59,226 bases of DNA. Source: Candidatus Bathyarchaeota archaeon (GTDB lineage: Archaea > Thermoproteota > Bathyarchaeia > TCS64). The notes under the pieces were generated by a model that worked only from the letters and a program-made list of their open reading frames with translations, was not told the origin of the DNA and did no database searches. Positions 1 to 8,656 of the stretch are shown in pieces (position 1 is the stretch's first letter; each line of letters starts with the position of its first letter). The position numbers and the translations under genes are program-made. The stretch lies in contig JADGNG010000010.1 in the NCBI GenBank assembly GCA_017883585.1, forward strand, positions 1-59,226, given 5' to 3'.

Positions 1-696
1 AGTGGCATCCACGTATATTCTCACCACAACCTGCGATTCCTAGCCCTTCTCTTCATTATCCTATTTGCTACCGCAGCCTACCTCTTCTTAGCCGTATTAG
101 AGACCGCTTTCTCAAGCGTGGGCTTCAGCCCGCTCACCATCATTTTAATCCTCGTGAGCACCTTCGTCGGAAGCGCAATCAACATACCCATATCTAGGCT
201 CGAAGCCACAATCCCAATCATTACAAACGAGTACGTGAGCTCCTTCGGCATAGCCTATAGGATCCCCCAAATCGTGATCGGTAAAGCCGTAACCATACTG
301 GCAGTAAACGTCGGCGGCGCAGTGATACCCTCAATCGTCTCCCTTTATCTTCTACTCAGGTCCGATACGACGACCATTCTATACGCCTTGGTCGGTGTAG
401 GAATCGTATCAATCGTGAGCCACATTTTCGCGAAGCCGGTTCGGGGCGTCGGCATAACGATGCCTCCCTTCGTCGCACCCATCGCCGCCGCACTCGTATC
501 ATTCCTACTACCCTCCTCCTCACCACTAACCATAGCATACGTATCCGGAGTATTCGGGACACTGATAGGTGCAGACCTAACGAACCTGGGCGTCATACCC
601 GAACTCGGCTCACCAATCGCCAGCATAGGTGGCGCGGGTACCTTCGACGGCATCTTCCTCAGCGGAATAATAGCTGTACTGTTAGTTGGACTCTAG
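1..696 (+). CDS. Polytopic integral membrane protein, 5'-partial at window edge (possibly DUF1614-like)
   Basis: The listed ORF 118..696 starts at a GTG, but the same frame is open back to base 1 (SGIHVYSHHNLRFLALLFIILFATAAYLFLAVL...), so the gene enters from the left. Hydrophobic Gly/Ala/Ile/Val-rich helices run throughout. TAG stop at 694-696. The family name is from memory and weak. Confidence 0.6.
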   Translation, partial: SGIHVYSHHNLRFLALLFIILFATAAYLFLAVLETAFSSVGFSPLTIILILVSTFVGSAINIPISRLEATIPIITNEYVSSFGIAYRIPQIVIGKAVTILAVNVGGAVIPSIVSLYLLLRSDTTTILYALVGVGIVSIVSHIFAKPVRGVGITMPPFVAPIAAALVSFLLPSSSPLTIAYVSGVFGTLIGADLTNLGVIPELGSPIASIGGAGTFDGIFLSGIIAVLLVGL

Positions 697-727
697 CTTC
701 AAAACCCGGTGTCACAACTAGACTGCT

Positions 728-1105
728 TTAGTCCTCATAGCTCGCCCCAATATACTCAAGATATCGGCGGTCGCTAAGTTGAAGTGCCATCTCACTTGAA
801 GGCCTGAGCTGCCCAGGGTAACGCCTCAGGAACCTCTCCAACGTCTCATCACCAATATTTGCATAGCTGACATCCATAACATAACGACGACCCGAGGACT
901 CCTCGACGACAGCATAAGCAACGAATCGAATATGGTCCACACGTTTCAGGACATTATCCAAGCAATCTTCCTTGACAGCATCGCAGTCAAAGAAGACCAT
1001 ATGTTCAGTCGAGTAGAACCTCCTGAAGGCATACCCCCTAACCTCAATGCCCGGATACTTCTCTCTCAACCCCGCAAAGACCACATTAGAATCGATGATG
1101 GGCAA
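728..1105 (-). CDS. Hypothetical protein (125 aa), no family recognised
   Basis: Intact ATG..TAA ORF with the same G/C-rich third positions as neighbouring genes. It lies 10 nt downstream of the truncated DUF2284-like ORF on the same strand. No motif I can name. Confidence 0.45.
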   Translation of the reverse strand: MPIIDSNVVFAGLREKYPGIEVRGYAFRRFYSTEHMVFFDCDAVKEDCLDNVLKRVDHIRFVAYAVVEESSGRRYVMDVSYANIGDETLERFLRRYPGQLRPSSEMALQLSDRRYLEYIGASYED

Positions 1106-1115
1106 TTCTCTTCCC

Positions 1116-1436
1116 CTAGGTGAAACGGTGGTTTATCTTGTTTAATGATGTTTCCTTGAGAGTTCTCTGATATGCATGGAGCCAAAGCTTGATTCTATAT
1201 GCGCGCGCGCATAATCGTTTATGGCCTTCTGGGTCTCCTCGGCTGTTGGCGAGAAGGGGGCAGCATAGATTTGACCCATACCCACTACAGCCGAATTGGC
1301 AGCGCAACCTAGTCCAAGCTGCGGTCTTGATCGAGGGGATATGAATGGTTTTTGCCTCTATTGCACCTTTTTCTAGAGCGATTTTAATGTAGTCGGAGAA
1401 TTTTTCACCATTCTCCCTTGCCATAGCTCTATTCAA
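1116..1436 (-). pseudogene. DUF2284-type Cys-rich predicted metal-binding protein, frameshifted and truncated
   Basis: The N-terminal ~60 aa (GAIEAKTIHIPSIKTAAWTRLRCQFGCSGYGSNLCCP) fit the DUF2284 Cys pattern. At the G5 run 1256-1260 (C5 on the coding strand) the family-typical continuation FSPTAEETQKAINDYARAH appears in another frame and stops at 1142-1144. Either reading gives about 100 aa, whereas I expect roughly 170-200 aa for this family. Confidence 0.55.
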
Positions 1437-1505
1437 TATTGTGCATTTTAAAGCCTTTTTTCATCACTAAAAATCCGGTTCTGGCACAAGCGCGCAAATC
1501 GTTGA

Positions 1506-2372
1506 CTAGATGTTGATGAGGAGGACCGCGGCGAGTGTTAGGGCGATGCCGAGGGCGTTGACCCTGTTTATCCGCTCCTTGAAGAGAAGCCACGCAATGA
1601 TTGTGACGAGCAGCAGGCCGCCAGAATTGACTAAGGGAAATACTAGTGCTCCAGGTAGGGCTGCCAAGGCAAGTAAAATGGATAGGTTCCCACCAATGTT
1701 GCAGGCTCCGACAACGCCTCCATAGGCATAGTCTTTCCTCCCTATCTCGGCGCGGTGTCTGAAAGCGATGGGGACGGTGACGAGGGTCGCTGAGGTAAAG
1801 ATAGCAAGGAAGAATGCATCCCTCTCGGGGCCGAGGCCTGAGGCGACTAGGACCTTGGATGAGAACTGGGCGAAGCCCTGCACGAAGAGCTGAGTGATGA
1901 TGAGCAATAGGGTATCCCTGTCGAGGGAGCCGTTTAAGCCCCCGCCGATCTTGGCTGCGAGTAGGGGGAGGGAGATCAACGCTACGATTACGCCAATTAT
2001 CTGGTTGGTCCTCAGGCTCTCCCCGAAGACAAGGACGGATAGGCTTACGGGGATTAGGACGGATAGCTGGCTCGCAGATACCGCGATGGATGCGCCGCGT
2101 CTGCCTATGGTCGTCATGCCGAGGTACATGCCTCCTATATAGAGGAAGCCGGTTACGAAACCAAGGCCGAGTGTGAGCGCCGAGGCGGGGTGAAGACCGT
2201 TAACTAAAAACATCGCCGTGCTGAGGGCGAGGGCCGTGCAGTAGTTTGCGGCGATGACGCCCCAGCGGGTTTTGATGAACCCAATGGCGAACCTGTTAGT
2301 GACATTGATACCAGTAATGGTGATTATCCCTGATACGATGAATAGCATCGGGGGGACGCTGCTGAGATCCAA
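1506..2372 (-). CDS. DMT-superfamily (EamA-like) transporter
   Basis: 288 aa, about 10 predicted TM helices arranged as two similar halves, Gly/Ala/Leu/Ile-rich. This is typical of EamA-type drug/metabolite transporters. Confidence 0.6.
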   Translation of the reverse strand: MDLSSVPPMLFIVSGIITITGINVTNRFAIGFIKTRWGVIAANYCTALALSTAMFLVNGLHPASALTLGLGFVTGFLYIGGMYLGMTTIGRRGASIAVSASQLSVLIPVSLSVLVFGESLRTNQIIGVIVALISLPLLAAKIGGGLNGSLDRDTLLLIITQLFVQGFAQFSSKVLVASGLGPERDAFFLAIFTSATLVTVPIAFRHRAEIGRKDYAYGGVVGACNIGGNLSILLALAALPGALVFPLVNSGGLLLVTIIAWLLFKERINRVNALGIALTLAAVLLINI

Positions 2373-2432
2373 GTCAGGTTACTCTTCACCATCCGGTACC
2401 TCAGCTATATAATGTTGGAGGGTCAGACGAGC

Positions 2433-4100
2433 CTAAACCTGCGTGTAGTAGCGCATCAGAAGACGCGTCACGTCTATCGTTGAGATGATGCCAGTGAGCT
2501 TACCCTCCCCATCGACGACGAAGCAGTGGTCCTCCTCCCGCTCAATCATCTCCTCGATCACCTTCATCACGCGCTCCCCCTCACGGAAAACCATCGGGGA
2601 ACGCAACTCAACCGTGCTAAGAGGCGTGTCCAACATCGTCTTCGATAGGAAGGCGAGGTCCTCCAAGGTGACGTAGCCGATTACATGTTCATCTAGGTCG
2701 ACAACGGGCATTAGGCGGAAGCTAGTCTTACCGAAGGCTTCCATGGCCTCCCTAACGCTTATGCTCGCCGTGAGTTTGAGGGGGTTCTTCGTAGAGATGT
2801 CCTTCGCCGTGAGCTTCTCCAGCTCTTTCGGCTTGCTCCTCATCACCTTGTAATAGAACCGCTCCAGCGCGAGCTCCTCCTGGCTAACTTTGTTGGCGGG
2901 TTGGATTGGGTAGAAACTGTAGGCGCCGGAGACGAAGAAGCAGACGACTGTGGCGAGTATGATTGGGATGATGGTATGGGCTCCGAAGACCTCAGCGATG
3001 AAGACGATAGGGGTTAACATCATCTTGTGAACACCCGCGGAAAATGCCGCCATCCCCATGAGTATGAAGACAGGTGTCATCGCGGGCAGAAGCACCGTGC
3101 CAACTATCGCACCCCACGCTCCGCCTAGCAGCAAGGTGGGCAGAAAGAGCCCCCCAGTCCCACCGAAGTTCATCGTAACACCCGTGGCGATCGTTCTCAG
3201 CAGGAGCACCACACCGAGCGCCATCAATGAGCCACCGGTGAGGAGCGGAACCATCTGGAACCCGGGCCCCACTGCCTCGGGCGAGAAGTACCCGATAGCA
3301 CCCAGGATGAAACCGCCGATCAGGAGCATTAGTGGATACCCCCCCTTGAGTATGATCTGCTTGGCTAGTCTCTCGCAGCCAGCGTAGACGCTAGTAAAGA
3401 CGAATACAATCCCGCCAGTAGCAAGTCCGAATCCCATAGCGATGGGAAGCCAGACGATCGGTAGTATCGGGATGTCGAGTTGTAGATTTGGGACGAGACT
3501 AGGGGCCCCAACCGCAACCGAGACTAAGTATGCCGTAGAACTGGCGATTGCTGCCTCGATGAATGACTCCTTCTCGAGGTCCCTTCTATAGGGGAGCTCA
3601 AGGGCGAAGAGGAGCCCAGTGAGGGGTGTCTTGAAGGCTGCGGAGAAGCCAGCAGCGACTCCGATCATGAGCGCCTTCCCCGAGTCCATTCGGAGACGGA
3701 GTATCTTGTTCAGCCAGCTGGAGAAGCCTCCCGAGATCACAGTGGATGGCCCCTCTGGGCCGGCGGAACCGCCGAAGATTGAGGTGGCGACCCCCGACGC
3801 CGTCTTCACCATCGCCTCACGCGGCATCATACCGCTAGGAGTGAGGTGAAAGACCTCGAGGATCATGTGGAAGCTGCTCTTAGGCGTGCGGTACCACGCG
3901 AGCAGGTGGACGAGGAAGTAGCTGAGGACTAAGCCGGTGAATGGGAAAACGAAGAAGAGGGTAGGCGTCTTGAGGGCGTCTTTGTAGAACATCTCCCATG
4001 CGTAGAAGATGAGGCTGTTAATCCCCGAGGCCGCTATCCCCGCGACGATGCCCGTCGTGATCGGGAGGAGCCACCAGGAGAAACTCGAACGCCTCGTCAA
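2433..4100 (-). CDS. ClC-family chloride channel / H+-Cl- antiporter with C-terminal CBS pair
   Basis: GSAGPEGP and GLFLPTL selectivity-filter-like motifs in a polytopic core. The C-terminal ~140 aa form two CBS repeats (LMPVVDLDEHVIGYVTLEDL, CFVVDGEGKLTGIISTIDV). Confidence 0.88.
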   Translation of the reverse strand: MTRRSSFSWWLLPITTGIVAGIAASGINSLIFYAWEMFYKDALKTPTLFFVFPFTGLVLSYFLVHLLAWYRTPKSSFHMILEVFHLTPSGMMPREAMVKTASGVATSIFGGSAGPEGPSTVISGGFSSWLNKILRLRMDSGKALMIGVAAGFSAAFKTPLTGLLFALELPYRRDLEKESFIEAAIASSTAYLVSVAVGAPSLVPNLQLDIPILPIVWLPIAMGFGLATGGIVFVFTSVYAGCERLAKQIILKGGYPLMLLIGGFILGAIGYFSPEAVGPGFQMVPLLTGGSLMALGVVLLLRTIATGVTMNFGGTGGLFLPTLLLGGAWGAIVGTVLLPAMTPVFILMGMAAFSAGVHKMMLTPIVFIAEVFGAHTIIPIILATVVCFFVSGAYSFYPIQPANKVSQEELALERFYYKVMRSKPKELEKLTAKDISTKNPLKLTASISVREAMEAFGKTSFRLMPVVDLDEHVIGYVTLEDLAFLSKTMLDTPLSTVELRSPMVFREGERVMKVIEEMIEREEDHCFVVDGEGKLTGIISTIDVTRLLMRYYTQV

Positions 4101-4162
4101 CCATCAACCCTTATTAATCCTAGGAGATTAACGCAGGTATCTGAGTCGTGGTAGATTAAAAC

Positions 4163-5443
4163 TTGGCGGAGAAGTTTCTGAAGCCTCGCTGGCTCTACGC
4201 TATCATACCCTTCTACGCGATACAGAGCTGTATCGGAACATACGTCACGCTTCGCATCCTCGACCTAGGGGGAAGTGTAATCGCCGTCGGGCTCGCCAGC
4301 TCAGCCTACAACCTCTCCCTCATCCCCTCCGCCTTCATCGTCGGAAGGTTAGCCGACTACCTCGGCAAGAGGAGACCAATCCTCATCCTGAGCGCCGTCG
4401 GGCAGCTGATGACCCTCAGCCTCATAGCGATGACAGGGGAAGTCAACTTCATCATCGGCTTCTACGCCATCTACAGCTTCTTCAGCAGCTTCAGCCCCAC
4501 CGTCTTCAGCCTACTCCTAATGGATACAGTCGCGAAGGAGAACTTGAGCGAGGGAAGCGCACTCAGCTTCAAGTATATGATCTACGGTAGCCTGACAGGG
4601 AACGCTCTCGGCTTCGTCGTGCTAACTGCACTACCGTTGACAGCTATGGCGCTGCTCCCTATAGCGTTCAGTTCGACGCTCATCGTTCTCTCGTTAATAA
4701 CAGTAAAGGAGGTCAAGGCGGTGACGGAGAGGCAGGCGATCACTCTAAACCCCGAGGCACTCATTACGCGCCTCACCCACCTCCCAGTGCTCCTCCTGAA
4801 GACGCCGAAGGTGGACGACCTGAAGGGCATTATACAGGACGCTCGGAGCACGGTGAGGAGGGACATCCCCATCATCATGGCAACGAACGCCCTCTTCTTC
4901 CTCGGTGCCAACCTCTTCTTCACCAGCTACACGCCCTTCCTCAAATCAAACGCCCTAACCAACCTAGAAATCACCGGCCTCAGCATCTTCATGACCTGCA
5001 TAAACGGCCTCGCCAGCTCACAGAGGTTCAGCGGGTTCAGTAAGGAGGGCAACCCCGGGCTGGTAATAGAATTCCTCTCGCTCCGCGGTATGGCCTTCCT
5101 CTTCGCCGCAATCTGCAGTTTCTACTTCGCCGGCCACGACGTACTCTACGTAACACTCCTCCTCTACCTCCTCATCGGCATGGCTTACACGAACATCACG
5201 ATCGGGATGAACGCCCTCCTCTACAGGTACTTGCCCAGGGAGGGGCAGGGGCAGACGCTCGGCGTCTACAGTGCGATGGGCAGCATAGCTATGTTCCTCG
5301 GGAGCTTCCTGAGCGGGAACATCAGCTTCTTCTTCAGCTACTCGGTGACGTTCCTCCTCAGCAGTATCGCCCTGTTCCTCGCGGCGAGCCTCTTCGAATG
5401 GCACTTCAAGCCGAAGCGCATCCTGGACGAGGGACCCATCTAA
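4163..5443 (+). CDS. MFS transporter
   Basis: 426 aa in a 12-TM-like layout. GRLADYLGKRRP matches the MFS loop 2-3 signature. A central cytoplasmic loop separates the two halves. Confidence 0.78.
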   Translation: MAEKFLKPRWLYAIIPFYAIQSCIGTYVTLRILDLGGSVIAVGLASSAYNLSLIPSAFIVGRLADYLGKRRPILILSAVGQLMTLSLIAMTGEVNFIIGFYAIYSFFSSFSPTVFSLLLMDTVAKENLSEGSALSFKYMIYGSLTGNALGFVVLTALPLTAMALLPIAFSSTLIVLSLITVKEVKAVTERQAITLNPEALITRLTHLPVLLLKTPKVDDLKGIIQDARSTVRRDIPIIMATNALFFLGANLFFTSYTPFLKSNALTNLEITGLSIFMTCINGLASSQRFSGFSKEGNPGLVIEFLSLRGMAFLFAAICSFYFAGHDVLYVTLLLYLLIGMAYTNITIGMNALLYRYLPREGQGQTLGVYSAMGSIAMFLGSFLSGNISFFFSYSVTFLLSSIALFLAASLFEWHFKPKRILDEGPI

Positions 5444-6240
5444 TCTAGAGTCAGTACCGCCATCTCACCAGAGGGCCCTGAAAGGGTTACGGCCTCCGAG
5501 GACTCGATGGCTTCGACTAGTCCCCAGAACCTCAGCGCCTGGGAGATGTTCGACTTATCTACATCAAACCAGATGTCAAGCGTTGATCGGCCGCCTCCCA
5601 TTGGTGAGGAGAGTCGGAAGATGAACGGGTAGTTCCGGTGCTCCGAGGAGAGTTGTATGCGACCTCCCTTAGCTTCGACGAGCCTCAAGAGGGCACCCTC
5701 AAAGAGCTCGTCTCCACCTATGAAATCCAGTGGCACCACCTTGCGGCTCGGTCTTAAAATAGTTCCAGCATCGCCATCCTCGGTGTCCTCAGCCGAGAAT
5801 AAGCCAAACTCGTCGCCTATCAACCTGGCCAAGTATGCGTAGCTTAGTCGAGTGTTATCCCTGCCCTTGGGCCAATCCGTAGTGGCTACGGCCAGCATCC
5901 TCACCGCCTCCACCGTATCGGTGGTCTCTGGGGCGGAGTAATGACTCATAAGCCTGACCATGTGCGCCGCGATCTCGTCTATATCGCGTGGTAGGCGACC
6001 CAGGCTCTCGGCATCGTACTGTTTGGCCGTGCTCGGTATCGGCGAGATTCCGGAGGCGTCGCCGAGGAAGACGCAGATGTGCATCCAAGACTTAGGCTCC
6101 GTCGATGAGCCGGCCCACTGGAGGGCGCCCGAGATGAGCCTCACCGGGTCAGAGTCCTCGACCGTGAAGGTGAGGACCGGCTTCTGCCCTTGGTTGAGGG
6201 AGTAGGCCACGTCTGCGACAGCTCCGTCCTCCTGGCTCAC
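5440..6240 (-). CDS. Hypothetical acidic soluble protein (266 aa)
   Basis: Intact ATG..TAG ORF with coding-like composition. Its stop overlaps the convergent MFS stop. No recognisable domain or motif. Confidence 0.5.
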   Translation of the reverse strand: MSQEDGAVADVAYSLNQGQKPVLTFTVEDSDPVRLISGALQWAGSSTEPKSWMHICVFLGDASGISPIPSTAKQYDAESLGRLPRDIDEIAAHMVRLMSHYSAPETTDTVEAVRMLAVATTDWPKGRDNTRLSYAYLARLIGDEFGLFSAEDTEDGDAGTILRPSRKVVPLDFIGGDELFEGALLRLVEAKGGRIQLSSEHRNYPFIFRLSSPMGGGRSTLDIWFDVDKSNISQALRFWGLVEAIESSEAVTLSGPSGEMAVLTLD

Positions 6241-6334
6241 AAGGTTTCCCTCGGCGCGGAAGCCTAGGCTGACACCCTTCTCTATGAGCCACCCGGTGAC
6301 GCCAGCAGCGTCAGCTGGAATGCCCGTCGACGCC

Positions 6335-7162
6335 TCACCTGTAGGCCTCTGCGAGGCGGCTCCACTCCTCAGGCGTGAGACGCCAGCCGAGAGCCCCCAT
6401 GAACTCCATGATATGGATGGGGTTCGTAGACTTAGGGATCGTGAAAACGTTCTCCTGAGATATCAGCCAGTTCAGGGCGACCTGAACCCGGGTCTTGCCG
6501 TGGGTCTTTGCTATCTCGTCCATAACAGGGTTGGGGGTCTGGAGTATGGCTCCCCTCTCGAGCGGCCTATAGGCGATGAGGCTGACCCCCATCTTGCGAC
6601 AAGTGGGTAGGAGCTCCATTCGCGGCTTCTGGTCGAGGAGGCTGTACTGGACCTGGTTCGCGACGAGCTTCGTCTCCCTGAGGTTTCTCTGTGCCGCCTC
6701 CATTAGCTGGGCGCTGAAGTTGCTGACGCCGATGAATCGGGTGTGCCCCTCCCGGAGGCATTCCTCCAGCGCCTCCATCGTCTCCTTGAGGTGAACGTCG
6801 GGGTTCGGCCAGTGGATGAGGTAGAGGTCGACGTAGTCTGTGCCGAGGCGCTTGAGGCTCGCCTTCATCGAGCGGAGCAGATCGTCCCTGTGCAGGTGGT
6901 TGTGCCAGACCTTGGAAGTTATGAAGAGCTTCTCACGGTCCATACCGTCAATTGCCTCGCCGACGAGCTCCTCGGCGTGTCCCGCGCCGTAGTACTCTGC
7001 GGTATCTATGTGGGTTAGCCCCAGCTCCACGGCCATGCGGATGGCGGTAACGGTGTCGCTATCCCTCGCCTTATCCGGGGTCTCCCTGCCCCCCATGCCC
7101 CACGTTCCGAGGCCGAGGATCGGTATGCTGACCCCCTTAGCTATCTCCCTGAACTCCATCAA
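6335..7162 (-). CDS. Aldo/keto reductase (2,5-diketo-D-gluconate reductase-like)
   Basis: LGLGTWGMG, IDTAEYYG, LYLIHWP and IGVSNF motifs characteristic of the AKR superfamily. 275 aa. Confidence 0.88.
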   Translation of the reverse strand: MMEFREIAKGVSIPILGLGTWGMGGRETPDKARDSDTVTAIRMAVELGLTHIDTAEYYGAGHAEELVGEAIDGMDREKLFITSKVWHNHLHRDDLLRSMKASLKRLGTDYVDLYLIHWPNPDVHLKETMEALEECLREGHTRFIGVSNFSAQLMEAAQRNLRETKLVANQVQYSLLDQKPRMELLPTCRKMGVSLIAYRPLERGAILQTPNPVMDEIAKTHGKTRVQVALNWLISQENVFTIPKSTNPIHIMEFMGALGWRLTPEEWSRLAEAYR

Positions 7163-7209
7163 GCCGAAGCAGCTCCTTGGTGGAGGAGGGAAAGGGGAGG
7201 ATAAGAGGT

Positions 7210-8508
7210 TTAGGCGACGAGCCTCTGCATGAAGCTCGTGTAGTCCTCCGGCGGGATTGTCGGCTTAAAGCCCTTAGTGATCTTCTTAGCGAGCTTCGCC
7301 TTGTCGTATAGGAGGTCGACGCACGTGAGAGCCATCACCTTCGCTGGGAGGACGTAGGCGATCTGCGTATCGACTATCTTGTAGTCGCGCCCGTGCCCCC
7401 TGCCGGTGCAACCACCCATCCCAATGCTCGTCGTGGGCATTATGCAGCTCACGTCGCCAAGGTCGGTGGAGCCAGTTGAGTGGCCCTTGATCTTGATCTG
7501 TTCATCACCAACGAGGGAGGCGGCGTTCGCCTTGAGGACTCCATCGAGGGCGGCATCCTTTATGTAGGGCATGTAACCGGGGTGGTCGTCTATCTCGCAC
7601 TCAGCGCCCACCGCCATCGCACCCGCCTTAAGGGCCCTGTTCACCTTCGCGTTCGCGTCTTTGATAGCCTCGACGGTCTTCCCCCGGACATAGCTCTCCA
7701 TCCGCACGTCGGCGGGGACGTTATTCACTATCTCGCCCCCCTTCGTGATTATGGGGTGGACCCTGATGTTGTCCTCGTCCCTAAAGGTCTCACGCTGCGC
7801 GTGTATGCCCATGAGTCCAAGCATCGCCGCGTTGAGGGCGTTTATCCCCTTGTGGGGGCTGCCACCAGCGTGTGCCTCAAGCCCGATGTAGTGGACCATC
7901 TTCCCGACGAAGCCATTGTTGCTCCCCCCAACGCTCAGCTTCTCCGTAATCTCGCTGTCGGTGTGACTGCCTAGGCTCATCGTAATGTCCTTCATTGCCC
8001 CGACGCGGATGAACTCCTGCTTCCCACCGAAGAACTCGAGTTTCCCCTTCTCTCTGAGGCTGTTCCTGTAATCGATCTCGAGGTACTCCTCCGCAGGGAC
8101 GGCAAGAAGGGCAACGTTCCCGTCGAGCTCACCCATCACGTCGTTCAGGCCGAAGCCGGCACCGAGCATCGCCGCCATCTGGGCGTTGTGGCCACAGCTG
8201 TGGGCCGCACCTGTGATGGGGTCGCACTCCGGGTGGTCGGGGACGCGGATGGCATCCAGCTCACCGATCACGCCGATGACCGGCCCCCTCCCCCTCTTCT
8301 TCAGATACGCCTTCGATCCCGTGATCCCTATTTTCGACTCGTAAACCCACCCCATTTCACCGTACTTCCTTTCCGCGAGCTCCGCCGTCTTCCACTCCTT
8401 GAAGCCGAGCTCCGGCTTCACCCAGATCGTCTCGCCGACATCGATTATCTCATCGGCGCGAGCGTCTATCGCGTCGAGAACCCTCTTCTTGATGGATTCC
8501 TTGGACAT
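7210..8508 (-). CDS. M20-family amidohydrolase/peptidase (AbgB-like)
   Basis: GELDAI...AHSCGHN metal-ligand block and an overall M20D-like layout, 432 aa. Confidence 0.8.
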   Translation of the reverse strand: MSKESIKKRVLDAIDARADEIIDVGETIWVKPELGFKEWKTAELAERKYGEMGWVYESKIGITGSKAYLKKRGRGPVIGVIGELDAIRVPDHPECDPITGAAHSCGHNAQMAAMLGAGFGLNDVMGELDGNVALLAVPAEEYLEIDYRNSLREKGKLEFFGGKQEFIRVGAMKDITMSLGSHTDSEITEKLSVGGSNNGFVGKMVHYIGLEAHAGGSPHKGINALNAAMLGLMGIHAQRETFRDEDNIRVHPIITKGGEIVNNVPADVRMESYVRGKTVEAIKDANAKVNRALKAGAMAVGAECEIDDHPGYMPYIKDAALDGVLKANAASLVGDEQIKIKGHSTGSTDLGDVSCIMPTTSIGMGGCTGRGHGRDYKIVDTQIAYVLPAKVMALTCVDLLYDKAKLAKKITKGFKPTIPPEDYTSFMQRLVA

Positions 8509-8612
8509 GGCTGATAGGTAGGCCGGATCGGGATTTAACGTTGATTCATCTTAAGGTATTGGCAAAAAGAACGTATCGAATGAGTGATGGAACAATTAAG
8601 CTGAGTCTGGAT

Positions 8613-8625
8613 AACAAACAAAATC
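8613..8625 (-). terminator. Oligo-T tract (TTTTGTTTGTT on minus strand) downstream of hppA
   Basis: The minus-strand sequence GATTTTGTTTGTT lies about 30 nt after the hppA stop. A second T5 tract follows further downstream. Archaeal terminators are typically oligo-T runs. Confidence 0.4.
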
Positions 8626-8656
8626 ACCTGAGGCGGTTACCCACCTTTGGATGCTC

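Noticed and set aside
8584-8631. Possible plus-strand C/D-box sRNA: GUGAUGG, 10 nt, CUGA, UGGAUAA, 13 nt, CUGA.
   Set aside because: The C box is imperfect, the C' box is degenerate, and the spacers are 10 and 13 nt rather than about 12. There is no terminal stem. The A-rich 'guide' is better explained as the complement of the T-rich terminator region downstream of hppA on the minus strand.
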